Shown: one piece after another, positions 12,721 to 25,209 of the stretch
Numbering within the stretch: position 1 is the first letter of the stretch
How the letters are laid out: every line of letters begins with the position of its first letter
NCBI RefSeq assembly: GCF_006345805.1
Contig: NC_043000.1
Location: forward strand, 105,028,001 to 105,092,000
DNA: 64,000 nucleotides
Reading direction: 5' to 3'
Origin: Octopus sinensis
Taxonomy: Eukaryota
The notes under the pieces: model-generated
Databases searched by the model: none
What the model was told of the DNA's origin: nothing
What the model saw: the letters and a program-made list of their open reading frames with translations, nothing else
Program-made: the position numbers and the translations under genes

Positions 12721-13654
12721 GCCAAGAAGGTTTTTCTTTGTGATTGTTCAAATGAGTCTGTCAGTTCTCTGTTTTCCTGTAGTTCTCAATATACAAATAG
12801 ACAGGATGATCATGCCTGGAACCTCAGCCAGGGATGATCGAGGATAAAACAAACAACAGCACTTCGGTGCCATAGTGTTACGAATAGTCACATGTTTATT
12901 TGGGAGGTCTTGGCCATGATGACATCACCAATTGCTGTACTTTGTAACATACCGTGCCATTAAGGAAGTTTCTATATGATCGCTTGACCTGCTAGAAATA
13001 CCGGCTAGATCTCCCTCAAATAAACAACTTACCGTCTTTGTAAGAAAAGGCCGCATTGAATCATGTAGTCCAAGATACACTACTTACGGAAAAGAACACG
13101 ACGATCACAGTTAGAAGGTCGGTTTGATCAGAGCTAAGCTTGGATTAAACAACAATAACAATAACAACAATAATTACGAAACTTTTCGGCAAACTCCTCA
13201 TGTACTGTTTGATGACGTAAGCGATTTCACCCCTATCGTTTTATGACAGTCTAGCGTCAGATAAATAGAAACAAGGGAAACCTACCCACGCGTGGTTGAC
13301 AAGAGGCCACCAAAATGAGATCAGGGTGACCCACGATTTTGACTCACCTTTGCTCAGATATTTTTCTAGATCCTCCTAATTTGCCGGCGAGCTTTTTCGA
13401 CTCTTACCTAGCCATGAAGGAGCCCACATTCTCTGAGCTGTGATGTAAAACTATCGAAAAGCTCATGACATGGTGCTCAACATTAAGAAAGGTAAAAACT
13501 CCAGCAGGCTAACATGGTCTGCGATGACCGATATCAATATGTTACTGTTGTAGTTTTTAATGGTGCTTAACCCCAGGTTCGCCTTGATTGAGGATACATA
13601 TGACACAAGGCATTCCACTTATGACTAATTTACCCCTCTTCTGTTTATCAAGTA

Positions 13655-13935
13655 TTTCATGGTTAGGGTATTCGACTCACGATCGTAGGGTCGTGAATTC
13701 AATTCCTGGTGACGCGTTGTGTCCTTGAGCTAGACACTTTATTTCGCGTAGCACCAATCTCAGCTGGCAAAAATTAGTAGTACCTGTATTTAAAAGCATC
13801 AGCCTTGTCACACTTTGTGTCAGACTGAAAATCCCCGAGAACTACGTTAAAGGCACACGTTAATTTCACGAGCAGACTGTTCCGTTGATCGGATCAACTG
13901 GAACCCACGTCGTCGTAACCGACGGAATGCCAGCT
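13655..13935 (+). mobile_element. SINE family C (tRNA head plus CORE-like tgtgtccttgagc.agacactt)
   Basis: tggttagggtattcgactcacgatcgtagggtcgtgaattcaattcc head. Related copies at ~48515-48850 (+), ~56775-56900 (+) and ~16580-16745 (-). Confidence 0.7.
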
Positions 13936-15189
13936 GCATTGTCCAATGGGCGTTTCTTTTTTGTAAGCAGTATAGAGTAATTTGAGGGAAACTTAGCAGC
14001 TATTTCTAGGGTTTTTTCATTTGTCTGCTCGTGAATTAAAGTTTATAAATGAGATGATATTCCAACACAGTAACTGTTAATATTACTGTTTTCTTTAGTC
14101 CGTCTTTACGTTCTGAGTTCAAATGCCGCCGGGGTCGACTCTGCTTTTCATCATTTCGAGATCAATAAAATAAGTACCAGTGGAAAACTATGGGCGATGT
14201 AATCGACTTAGCCCCACCCCAAAACTGCTGGCATTGTGCCAAAACTTGAAACCAATATTACTGTCATCTCACCACTATCACTGTTGTTACCACAATCACT
14301 GCCACCTTCACACCTGCTATATTTATGATTATAAATAATTGTTTATTAATTCATATATTTGTTTTCTTGTGATTTACCTTACATTTACTTCGCATTGTTT
14401 TGGCCTTACCCATGATCCTTTATACAACATATATGTGGGTTATTTGTGTTGTTAATTCAGTGAAAACATATTTTAAATATTTTATTAGGTTTTGAAGTGT
14501 TGACATAACAGTAGGAGCAGAAGTATCATTGTCATCTCCTCTACTACTAACAATACCTCTACCATCACCACCACTACCACCACCACTACCACCACCACCA
14601 CCACCACCACCATTACCACTGCTACCATCACCATTGCTACCATCAGTCTTCTTCTGAGAGTACATAGTATAGAATTGGGTATCAAATATCCACGATTACA
14701 GCCCCCACTTTTGTTACTTTCTCCTCTCTCCTCGACCCTTTTTCCGTTTTTCTCTTTTCCATTTTCTTTCCTCTTCAAATCCAGCATTAAACTGCACGAA
14801 CTTCACTCCACTCACTCATCCGTCTATATTTACCCGCCTCATCAATCGACCAAACTTTTGCCACTGTTGTAATTGATACTATTTTAAATTGTTGGTGGTG
14901 GTGGTGTAGTTGTTGTTATTGTTACTGCGGCCGCTACTGCTGCTGCTGCTGCTATAGCTATTTCGTTATTGCTGTTATAATTGTTGTAGCTACTCTAACA
15001 ACAGTAAATGCAAGAGAAGCAGTAACTACACTGCTGCTGCTCTTGATGATGCAGAGGAGGAAGATATTTTGCTGCTGTTGTGACTATTATTTTCACTGTC
15101 ATTCTAGGCATCCTATAACCCTAGCCAACGCCGAGGAAAGATTATTGAATAACCTTGACCTTGAAACCAGACAGCAGGACGATGTAGGT

Positions 15190-15950
15190 TGCTAAGTCGC
15201 TATTGCTGGCAAGCTGTAGGATACTATTAGCGGCAAAACGCTGTTGCTAAGTTGATATTGTTGATATGATTTTGCTGAAAGGTCAGCATGCAGATATTTA
15301 CAGATATTGTTTAGTTGTTGCCTATACGATGCTATAAAGGCGACGTTACTGATACGATGCCATAAAAGTGATATTGCTGACACGAAATTATAATGGTGAC
15401 TTACTAACACGACGTTGTAAAGTTGACGTTCCTGACACAACGTTATCAAGTACCGTTACTGACACGATGTTATTAAGGTGACGTTGCTGATATTGTCTTT
15501 CAAAGGCAACTTTGCTGGCACGACGCAATAAAGACGACGGGAGTGTGAAGGCGATGTTGTTATGACGTTACAAAGTCGACATTGCCGACAGGGAATTATA
15601 ACAGCGATGGTGACGTTGCTGACAAAACGGTGTAAGGATATATAGTTATAAACGTGACATTGCTGACACGGCGTTATAATGGTGATGTTGCTGACAATGT
15701 TATAAAGGTGATGCCGCTGACACGACGTTAGAAAATTACCGCTAATAAGACGATGTTATAAAAATTATCGCTAATAGCACGACGTTATGAGAGTGACGTT
15801 ACTACTACGATGTTATGCATGTAATGTCGTTGACGTGACGGTACTTAGACGTTAAAGATGATAGCACGTTACTAAAACGGTCACATAGCAAGTATGTTGT
15901 TACAAAGGTAACATTGATACGACGATATTGTCAAGATGACGGTGCTAATT
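15190..15950. repeat. Degenerate 28-bp (14+14) minisatellite, consensus ~gtgacgttgctgac-acgacgttataaag
   Basis: Examples: gtgacattgctgacacggcgttataatg, gtgatgccgctgacacgacgttagaaaa, gcgacgttactgatacgatgccataaaa. Confidence 0.85.
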
Positions 15951-16420
15951 CCATGATTGTACAGTGAGGTGGATACGATGGAAAATTACCTTTCCTGGGT
16001 TGCAGCATTTGGATGATATTTAAAATTATATTTAAAATACTAATTATTTAGGGTTTTTTTATTTGTTTTTCGTGTTGAAATTCGTGCCACCGACCGTGCT
16101 CTGAACTCATGTTTATACCAATTATCCAAATTAGCTTGAGCCATAAATATTCTCTACTCTTTTTTTATGTCTAAGTAATTTATCTTCTGATGACGCCAAT
16201 TGACACTGAAACACGTCTCCATAGTTCTCTTTGTTTCAGGTGTTCAAATTGGTTTTTCCCTTGATAATATGCCAATTCCGTAGAATTCTTAGTTGTTGAG
16301 ATTCTCTCTCCTCATTCGGATTTGGCCCCAATTGCCCCTAGACTGTTGTTTTAATATCTCTTCCAGCGAAGATAATTTCAACAAGTCAAGAATTCATTTT
16401 GCATGGCGTTTAACGCAGCT
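15950..16420 (+). mobile_element. Highly decayed mariner transposase remnant
   Basis: Scattered motifs in the expected order: gaaattcgtgccaccg (EFVP), cttgataatatgcca (H.DNAP-like), gagattctc…cattcggatttggcccca (EIL…SPDLAP-like). Confidence 0.45.
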
Positions 16421-17829
16421 CATTTGTTATATCTATTTGTGTGAATGCATGTGTGTACATATAGATATGCGTGTGTTTATATGCATACACATACATATAT
16501 ACATATGCATCTCTCTCTACCTATCTATTAATATATATATATATACACATACGTACATATGTGTATGTATTACTGTATCGACCAGACGATCTGACGTTGT
16601 TATACATCAGTGGTCACAATGGACTTCCTTGTATCGTCGTAGCTTTCGCGGCCAACACTCCTCGAAAACTTGACGCCAGGTTTGCCCTACTACTGGACCG
16701 AAGCAATATGCGATTGTGAATGCAACAGCCTGACCACTAGACCACGTACAAATGCGCACGTGCACACATACACATACAGGCACACGTATACACACACATG
16801 CCCCTCTCTTTCTCTTTCTCTCTCGATATATATGTGTGTGTACACACACTCACACATACATATATACATACATACACGCATACATATATAATACATATAT
16901 ATAATATATATAATACATATATACACATACACACACATCTGTGTGTACATACACACACATCTGTGTGTGTAAACACTTCTTTTCGCCTTTCTTTCTCGTC
17001 ACTAATTACCATAGTCCCTTAGCTCCTTCCATAACGAGCAGAAGTAATCCTCCAATGACAGATAATCAGATAGGAGCAAAACAGCGAAACCATACAACTA
17101 TGTGTTCTCAAATTAGTGCCTAACAATCAGATAACTTCAACAAAACAACCCACCCACTGACTCGCACTACTCTCACCAACACGACCCCCACTAGTGACTC
17201 TTTAACCAATAACCTTTCTAATAGTTAAGATCAGGGTCGATGTGTTACTATTTTACATTTTTACTTGTTGGGGAACCTCCATGAAAGGTTTGTTTCATAG
17301 ATTGACAACAGTACTTGTTTTATGTCTTGTTCCTAGTCTACCGAGGCTCTTTTTGCCGAACCACTAAATTATGGAAGCATAAAGAAATCAATACCAGTTG
17401 TCAAACTGTAAAAGACAAATACACACATACTTATGTGTACACTCATGCACACACACATTATATATGAATAAACACGTATGAAAACATAAGACACACACAA
17501 CAAGAGAGATGCTCTTTAATCAACTATCTTTTGCGGGTGAGAGATGGGAACCAAATATTTTAATTTCCTTTGGATCTATACTGCTTTTGTAGACGGTCCT
17601 TTCTGTACGAAGTGGTTTGAGGCGAATTTGGACAAATGAAAGAAAGTGGCACTGAACATATTTGATAAGAGTCACGATTCGGCTCCATGCAGCTTAAAGT
17701 TTCGTGGGCTGGTAAAACGAACAGGACCTCTGAAATGAGTGAGGTCAATGTAGTTCGAGTCCAGTTTGAACTTCTATAAGTTGAGGTCAATAAAAATTGT
17801 GTGGATGAGTGAGTTCCAAGATGTAGTTC

Positions 17830-18420
17830 TAAGGAGGAAGAACTAAGATTGTAAGTATATATGATGAGAGGATTAAAGGTGGTGGTAGTAGTAGCAGAGG
17901 TAGTGGTGGTGGTGTGATAGTGGGGGTAGTGGTGGATGTGAGTATCCTAGATGATGGATGTAGTGATGGTGGGTGCGGTGATGGTGGATGTGGTGATGGT
18001 GTATGCGATGGCGTATACGGTGATGATAACGGACATCTGTGGACGCGATGGTAGCGTTCGAAGTGGTGATGATTTTGAATATGGTGGTGGTGGATGAATA
18101 GCGGAATTGGTGGAGATGATGGATACGGTGATGGTGGTAGTGTTGGTGAAGGTGACAGAGGTGGTGTTGATGGCTGCGGTGACAGAGGCGAGTCTGGTGT
18201 TGACATTGGCGACTTTGATGGCTGCCAATGTTTATATTGAAACGATATGCGATATGAGTGGGGTGAGCTATATGGTGGTGGTGGTGTTGACGTATTTATG
18301 TATGTGTGATACGGTGTGTGGCTGAAAAACGGTCATATTAGTCGGGCCATGGGTGGTGATGATAATAAAGGTACCGATGCGAGGACGACGATGGTGGCGT
18401 TGCTGGTTGTGGTGATGATA
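17830..18420. repeat. Degenerate (GGT/GAT)n trinucleotide low-complexity region
   Basis: Directly visible; produces the Pro/Thr/Val-rich spurious ORFs. Confidence 0.85.
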
Positions 18421-18734
18421 GCGATGGGGACTAATTTGCAGACCACCTAACGTCACGGCGATAAGATAAAAAGGCCGAGGAAATAATTACTTAAACGCTT
18501 CCCCCACTACGCTTCTATCCCCAACTCCATCCCAGAATGTTGAGTGGACCCTAAGACAAACAAAATAAATAAACAGAAGACAACTATCAAGAGAGTCATT
18601 AAATACGAGTATAGTAAAGAATTACCATATGTGAACGAAAGAACAGTGGAAAATTCCACTCGTTTCTATTTGTTCTTTTCTCGTTCAGATTTTATTCTTT
18701 CCTTGTCCCTAGCTGTTGCCATAAAGAAGACGTA

Positions 18735-19220
18735 AGTGGTAACTCGACCTTTCAGAAATAGCAACTAAGTTTCTCTTAAATCACTAGCTACTGTTTAAAA
18801 AGGGGACATATATGATCACTCGACCTTCAAGAAATAGTATCCAAATCTCCCTCAAGCTACAAGCTGCAGTTTTTTAAAATGTACAAATGTGCTCGCTTGT
18901 CCTGCTAGAAATTGTTTCCAAATTTTCCTCAAAGTTACTGCAGATTAGCATAAAAAAAAACAAATATGGTTGTTCCGTGTGTTAGAAATAGCTACTATAT
19001 TTCTCTCAAGCCACTATAGTTGCTATTTTTATAAATACATGTGCTCACTCGATGTGTTAAAATCTGTAACTAAATTTCCCTCTATGCTAAGCTACCATCA
19101 AAAAGATATACACTGGTTACTCTGTGTATTTAAAACAGCAACCAAATTCCTCCCCCACCTCAAGCTATCGTCTTTAAAGTGGCATTTTGGATATTGTATT
19201 CCAAGAATAGTATCCAACAG
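18735..19220 (+). repeat. Tandem array of ~6-7 diverged ~73-bp units derived from dispersed repeat family D
   Basis: Recurrent gtggtcactcgacc…agaaatagca.ccaaatctccctcaa…ctactgt…aaaa at ~18737, 18812, 18886, 18966, 19039, 19113. The same motif is dispersed at ~770, 870, 12975, 19640, 28425, 33460, 47965, 48175, 49200, 49400. Confidence 0.75.
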
Positions 19221-19278
19221 CAAAAAAAGAAGAAAAAAAGAATTAAAAAACGACGTTTTGACCATAATTTGAATACCT

Positions 19279-19511
19279 ATTTCTTTACTACCCACAAGGG
19301 GCTAAACACAGAGGGGACAAACAAGGACAGACAAACGGATTAAGTCGATTACATCGACCCCAGTGCGTAACTGGTACTTAGTTTATCGACCCCGAAAGGA
19401 TGAAAGGCAAAGTCGACCTGCGCGGAATTTGAACTCAGAACGTAACGGCAAACGAAATACGGCTGCGCATTTCGCCCGGCGTGTTAACGTTTCTACCAGC
19501 TTGCCGCCTTC
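19279..19511 (-). mobile_element. Full-length SINE family A with 23-bp TSD
   Basis: ttttgaccataatttgaatacct is identical at 19256-19278 and 19512-19534. Head aaggcggcaagctggtagaaacgtt, B box gagttcaaattcc. Confidence 0.92.
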
Positions 19512-19761
19512 TTTTGACCATAATTTGAATACCTTTAATAAAATACTCGATCATGGTTAACATGGGATTGGACAACAATAACAATAGCAGCAGCAGCAGC
19601 AACTGATGCTCGATAACTTGCTGATGAGGGACTTATTATGTAGTCACTGAAGCTGCTAGAAATATCAGCCAAATCTTACTCAAATGTCTAAAAAAGATAA
19701 AGTACATATTGTGGTACTGATGAGTCTGGATGCACACTGCCCGAACAAAAAATAATAATCT

Positions 19762-19958
19762 TTTCTAGGCACAAGGCCTGAAAATTTGGAGGGGTTGAGA
19801 CTAGTCGATTATATCGAATCCAGTACATACCTGGCACTTATTTCATCGACCCTGAAAGGATGAAAGGCAAAGCTGACTTCGGCGATATTTGAACTTAAAA
19901 CGTAAGGACGGACGAAATGCCGCTAAGCATTTTGCCTGGTGTGCTGACGATTCTGCCG
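19762..19958 (-). mobile_element. SINE family A copy
   Basis: Same core on the minus strand (…gaaaggatgaaaggcaaagctgacttcggcg…). Confidence 0.8.
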
Positions 19959-20364
19959 CAATACACAGAGGTAATCATTGTTTGAACACATTTGATCACA
20001 GGTCTGCTCCATCAAGGCCTGCTTTGTGGGCTCAGCCAGTATTTTTCATAAGGTGATGCTGCGAGGAATTAGACAGAAAAATTGTCACGTTTAATGAAAT
20101 CAAGATGATTTTAAACTTGTATAACTTGATCAACACCATGGTCAAGAATGAAAAATTATAGGAATGCGAATAAAGAGGGAAGGCACCACAAAATTACGGT
20201 AATATTTGTGCTGGGGGCCAAGTGTTGTGAGACTGAGGACAAGCAACAAAATTAATACCACCGCCACTTCCATCATCACTATTATGATCTTAATATGGGG
20301 TGATATGAGGAGGATTGAACTACTAGTCCTTGCCCGTCACACACCTTCGTAAGGTCATCATTGA

Positions 20365-20406
20365 TAATGTGGTTGTTGTTGATGTTGCTGTTGTTGTCGT
20401 TGTTAC

Positions 20407-20437
<31 letters not shown>

Positions 20438-20620
20438 ATTGTTGTTGATGATGATGATGATGATGATGATGATGACGACAACGACGACGATGATGATGAT
20501 GATGATGACGATGATGATGATATGTGCCAGTTTTGGTGTCGGTGATGTTTGTTGATGATGATGGTAAGTTGGAGGATGACGACGACAACGGTGACGACAA
20601 TGGCGACGAAGATGATGAGA
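20365..20620. repeat. (GTT)n-(GAT/GAC)n compound microsatellite
   Basis: Directly visible. Confidence 0.9.
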
Positions 20621-21051
20621 ATGATGAATGAGACTGTTGTTACTATTGAAGACGATACTCTTTGTCATATGCGCCATCTTTGTTTCCTTTCACTTATGAT
20701 TTTGATAAGCGTCTGTTTATAATCGTCATTGCTGACTGTGGTTGTTATTATCGATATAGTTGATGATAACGATGATGAGGTGGAGAAGGGGTATTGCGAC
20801 GACGACGACGATAATGTCGATCACCACCTCACGATGAGGATAATGAACAAGACGATGATCACATTCTAAATATTGTTATTGTTATTAATACTGCTATTGA
20901 TGATGCCAACAGCAGCATTAACTGCCATTGTCTCCTGTGACGTTGATAAACCGCCGCTATTTGTTATTTTATTAAAAATATTGCCAAAAAACAATTTTAT
21001 ATGTATATAATTATTAATAATCCACCCAATAGTAATTCATGGCCTGTCACA

Positions 21052-21483
21052 GCACATGGTCTCAAAAATTTGTCCTACGAAGAAAGGCTGAGGACGCTCG
21101 ACCTTTATTCTCTTGAAAAACGCCGCCGCCGTGGTGATCTCATTCTCGCCCACAACATCATAAGCGGAAAGTGTAACCTCTCGAAAGAGCTGTTCTTCAC
21201 TCCTGCTCCAGAGCGTCGGCTGCGGGGTCATTCCGAAAAGCTCTACCTGCGACGATTTCATCTCAATCGAAGGAGAGGAGCTTTTTCCGTCCGGGTTGCG
21301 GATCCGTGGAACAAGCTGCCAGACGAGATGGTGAAGATGCCGACGACCGCTTTGTTCAAAGCCTCCCTTGACCTCAAGTGGCCTGAACTCTTTACATGAA
21401 CACCACCCTGTACTTAACTCCATGTCCCCCTACATGGCCTTGCTATTTGCTTTTGAGCCAAATTAATTAACTAACTAACTAAC
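21052..21483 (+). mobile_element. 5'-truncated CR1-clade LINE 3' end, reading frame intact
   Basis: GLKNLSYEERLRTLDLYSLEKRRRRGDLI…RLRGHSEKL…RRGAFSVRVADPWNKLP…FKASLD, a classic CR1 ORF2 C-terminus. Stop at 21399, short 3'UTR, (TAAC)n tail. Confidence 0.9.
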
Positions 21484-21674
21484 AAGCAGCCCTGCGCAGT
21501 CCAAAGGTGATGTGAGCATGCAAGTACACTCTCATTACATATGCATATATAAACACAAACAAACGAACACACATGACTACATAAATGCATACCTTCACAT
21601 ACATACGAACTCTTATACATATACTCGTACACAGAGTCGTTCTCTAGTCAATTCAGTTACTATGTAAGATTGGC

Positions 21675-21868
21675 TTCAAATATTTTGGCACAAGGCCAGC
21701 TATTTCGGGAGTGGGGGGGGCGAGTCGATTACATCGATTTTATCGACCACGAAAGGATGAAAGGTAAAATCGATCTCATCGGAATTTGAACTCAGAACGC
21801 AGAGACGGACGAAATTCCGCTAAACATTTTGCCCAGCGTGCTAACGATTCTACCAGCTCGCCGCCTTA
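21675..21868 (-). mobile_element. SINE family A copy with internal deletion
   Basis: ttttggcacaaggcc…gaaaggatgaaagg…gaatttgaactcagaac…cagctcgccgcctt. Confidence 0.8.
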
Positions 21869-21979
21869 AAACTATGTCTATAAAATTAACAACTAAATGT
21901 GAGACATGGCTTTTGTCCTAAATATGGCTTTTGTGTCACATTCTCGGAGGAGTTGCTCTTCGTGATTGTGTTGAATTTA

Positions 21980-22880
21980 GTGATGAGAGGTGGTGGCATT
22001 GCAGAATCCGTTGGTACCAGTGGCGGCGGTGTAGCGGTTGCATTAATAATGGCGGAAATGGTGTCAGTGGTTGAATTGGTACGGGCTCAGATGACTGTAG
22101 CTGTTAGGTTGATAACGGTGTAGGCGTTCGTGCCTCATGTTGGTAAATACGGTGGCTGCAATGATCGTTGTGTTGATATTAGTGGAAGTAATGATGGTGA
22201 TTGTGGTGGTGGTGGTGGTGGTCGTCGTCGTCGTCGTCGTCATCGTCGTCGTGGTATTAGTGGAAGTAGTTGTGGTAGTGGTGATTGTATTTGTGGCGAC
22301 AGTGATGGCTATTGAGGTTGTGGTAGATGGTAGTGGTAGTGGTGGTGGCGATGGCGGTGGCGGTGGTGAAGATGATTGCAGTGTGTTTGTAATGGTGTTG
22401 AAGGTGGCGGTAGTGGTAATGATATTGAAAGAGGTGTAGTGGTTGTTATGGTGATAAGAAAAGAGGTTCTGGTGATAGTTGATACTACGGTAGGTGGTGT
22501 GAGGGTGATATTTGTTTTGAGTAATAATGGAGGTGGCGGTTGTGGTTACGATGATAATATAGGTAGTGCTGGTGATTGTCATAGCGGTTTGTGTATAGTC
22601 TTTGCCGTAACGGTGGTAGCAGCTGTCATTGTGGTCGTTGTCGTTTTATTTTTGTTGTTGTTTATGAGATAGTAGTGATGGTGAGTGATTGCTTTGTCAT
22701 GGTTGGTAGTAATGGCATGTTTGTAGAGTTCGTAGTTTTGTTGGTAACATGGTGCTTTTGTCGTGTCCTTAGAGTTGTGATGGTAGAAGTGTTCTTAGCT
22801 TCAGTGATTATGATGATGCTAGCAGTAGTAGTAGTTGTAGGAGCATCAGTGCTGGTGGAGGTGGTGGTGGAGATAATAAA
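21980..22880. repeat. Degenerate (GGT/GTA/GTC)n low-complexity region
   Basis: Directly visible; explains the poly-V/poly-T ORFs. Confidence 0.85.
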
Positions 22881-23815
22881 CTATCAAAGGGAGTGGGGGT
22901 GGGGGGAGGGCAATGATAGCTTATGGCGAACAGATTATTCATGTTTTCTTTGTCTTTAGTCTCTCGATGGCTACGAACACAAATGGAATCAAATAACGAA
23001 TCCTGGCCGACAGCGCGGAAAAGACAGTGAAGTGTGTTTGCACGCGCGCGTGTGTGCGTGTGTGTGTGGGGGGTTGTGTGTGTGTGTGTGTGTGTGTGTG
23101 AGTGTGTGTGCGCGCACGCAAGTGTTTAATATGCATGAGGCATATCCGTGGGTAACGGATATCAGAAACCATAAACGCAAAAACAAAAAGAAAAAAAAAA
23201 TTAGAAATGGCGAGATTACTAAACCTGCCTTGTCCCAGATTTATAGTCATCGACTTCTGGCAAAGCTTGCTACTGGGCAAGGAAACTGGGGTAAGATGAA
23301 CTGTGAGATGAACGAAGGAAGATGTAAAGGAACAGTCGGGGCGGGAGAGTTGATGATGATGATGACGATGATGATGACGACGACGACGATGATTTTAGGA
23401 AGAGGAGAAAGAAAGGGAGGAAACAAAAGGGAAGTATGAATCAACAGCTTTGTCTCTACAAGCATCTAAAAACTGTCGGACAGATTGAACCACTAAAAGT
23501 ATTTATTGCAAATCACGATACACATTGCACACACACACATGCACGCACACACACATATGAGTGCATATGTATATGTATATGTGAATATATCTGCGCGCGC
23601 GTGTGTGTGGTGTGTGAGTGTATCAGACGTGCTCTTTGTATCTGTGAAATTTGAAGCGATGCAATTTTGAATCCCGATTTTAATATAAATATCTAAATTC
23701 TTCGGCATATATGGAGCGATCTTTTCTTTCGTTTGTGTATTTGCTAGAGTGAGCGGGCACGCGCCTATACATACATACATACAATAAAAGCATACATATA
23801 TATATATATATATAT

Positions 23816-23885
<70 letters not shown>

Positions 23886-23914
23886 TAGATAGATAGATAT
23901 ACATATATACATAT

Positions 23915-23953
<39 letters not shown>

Positions 23954-23985
23954 CATATATATATATATATATACATACATATATA

Positions 23986-24045
<60 letters not shown>

Positions 24046-24203
24046 CATACATATATATATATATATATATATGTACATACATACACACACACACATATAT
24101 ATATATATAAAATAAAAAAAGAGTGAAAAAACTAAAGAAGGCTTGTGTTTTCACTCATTTTTTTATACATTCAACCACGTGCCTTCACACACCAACTCTC
24201 TCA

Positions 24204-24261
<58 letters not shown>

Positions 24262-24291
24262 CATACATACACACATACATACATACATACA

Positions 24292-24325
<34 letters not shown>

Positions 24326-24588
24326 CATATGTAAAATACAAATGCAAACACACATTACTATATACCATGCATGACTAAGTGGAAAAAAGTTTGCTTTCCC
24401 ACCACATGCTACTAGTTTCATTCTCATTGCGTACCACCTTTTACTATAGCCACGGGCCGACTAATAGCTTGTAAGTGGAATTGGTAAACGGAAGCTGAAA
24501 GAAGACCGTCGTACCGTCGCATACATACATGCATACATACATATGTAAGTATTATGTATTATGTATGCATACACACTTCTTTTCTCTC

Positions 24589-24626
24589 TCTTTCTGTTGA
24601 AGAGCATAGGCTCGAAACGTTAAAGA
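24589..24626 (+). ncRNA. Minimal hammerhead-like motif (degenerate)
   Basis: TCTTT-CTGTTGA-A-GAGC-ATAG-GCTC-GAAA-CG-TT-AAAGA: 5-bp stem I, 4-bp stem II, palindromic AACGTT in place of stem III. Core A6 reads T. Confidence 0.5.
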
Positions 24627-24690
24627 CTTGTCCATTCTTCCAGATCGTAAAACTATTACACTGCTTGTTTTCTTTTTTACTGAAAATTTG

Positions 24691-24749
<59 letters not shown>

Positions 24750-25034
24750 AATATATGTGTGCGTATGCGTGTTTATGTGTGTGTCCTCATGTGTGTCTCC
24801 ACCAGCGCTTGATAACCGCTGTTGGTTTTTTTTTTGTGTACCTTAAACTAGTGGTTCAGCAAAAGGGGCCCGTTAGAATAAGTACCAGGCTTTACAATAA
24901 GTAAAGTACAATAAGTATATATAGTAATCCACCCCCCCCCAAAAAAAATGAAAAACAAGCACAAGAAAAAACAACAACGCAGGACGTGGTACATCAAAGT
25001 ATTTGCAGATGCTCAGGGAAGGAAAGGAAAATGG

Positions 25035-25068
25035 CTTTGCGTTTCGAGCAAAGCCCTTCTTCAGAAAT
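25035..25068 (-). ncRNA. Minimal hammerhead-like motif (degenerate)
   Basis: Minus strand TTT-CTGAAGA-A-GGGC-TTT-GCTC-GAAA-CGCA-AAG. Downstream sequence (cctgagc…ccacgtcct.gcgttgttg) is shared with the 30054 copy. Confidence 0.45.
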
Positions 25069-25153
25069 AAGAGACATGTAGGACTGGGAAGAGAAACAAA
25101 TAATATGCATAAACACCCCTCCAAATTAAACAAACCATGAACATTACACACAC

Positions 25154-25209
<56 letters not shown>

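Noticed and set aside
15190-15950. CRISPR-like regular repeats
   Set aside because: Units are contiguous and degenerate with no unique spacers, there are no cas genes, and the context is eukaryotic; it is a minisatellite.
16187-16217. CTGATGA…GAAAC-AC-GTC hammerhead-like string
   Set aside because: No stem I pairing (atctt vs tccat), stem II does not close, and it lies within a mariner remnant; likely chance.
16225-16245. Strong splice acceptor ttctctttgtttcag|gt
   Set aside because: Downstream sequence is mariner-derived, with no credible coding exon or matching donor identified.
17560-17790. 76-aa complex ORF as a host exon
   Set aside because: No recognisable domain or clear splice sites; possibly a very old LINE remnant, but I could not support a call.
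21001-21399. 132-aa ORF as a functional gene
   Set aside because: It is the C-terminus of a 5'-truncated CR1 ORF2 fused by chance to an upstream ATG in flanking DNA.
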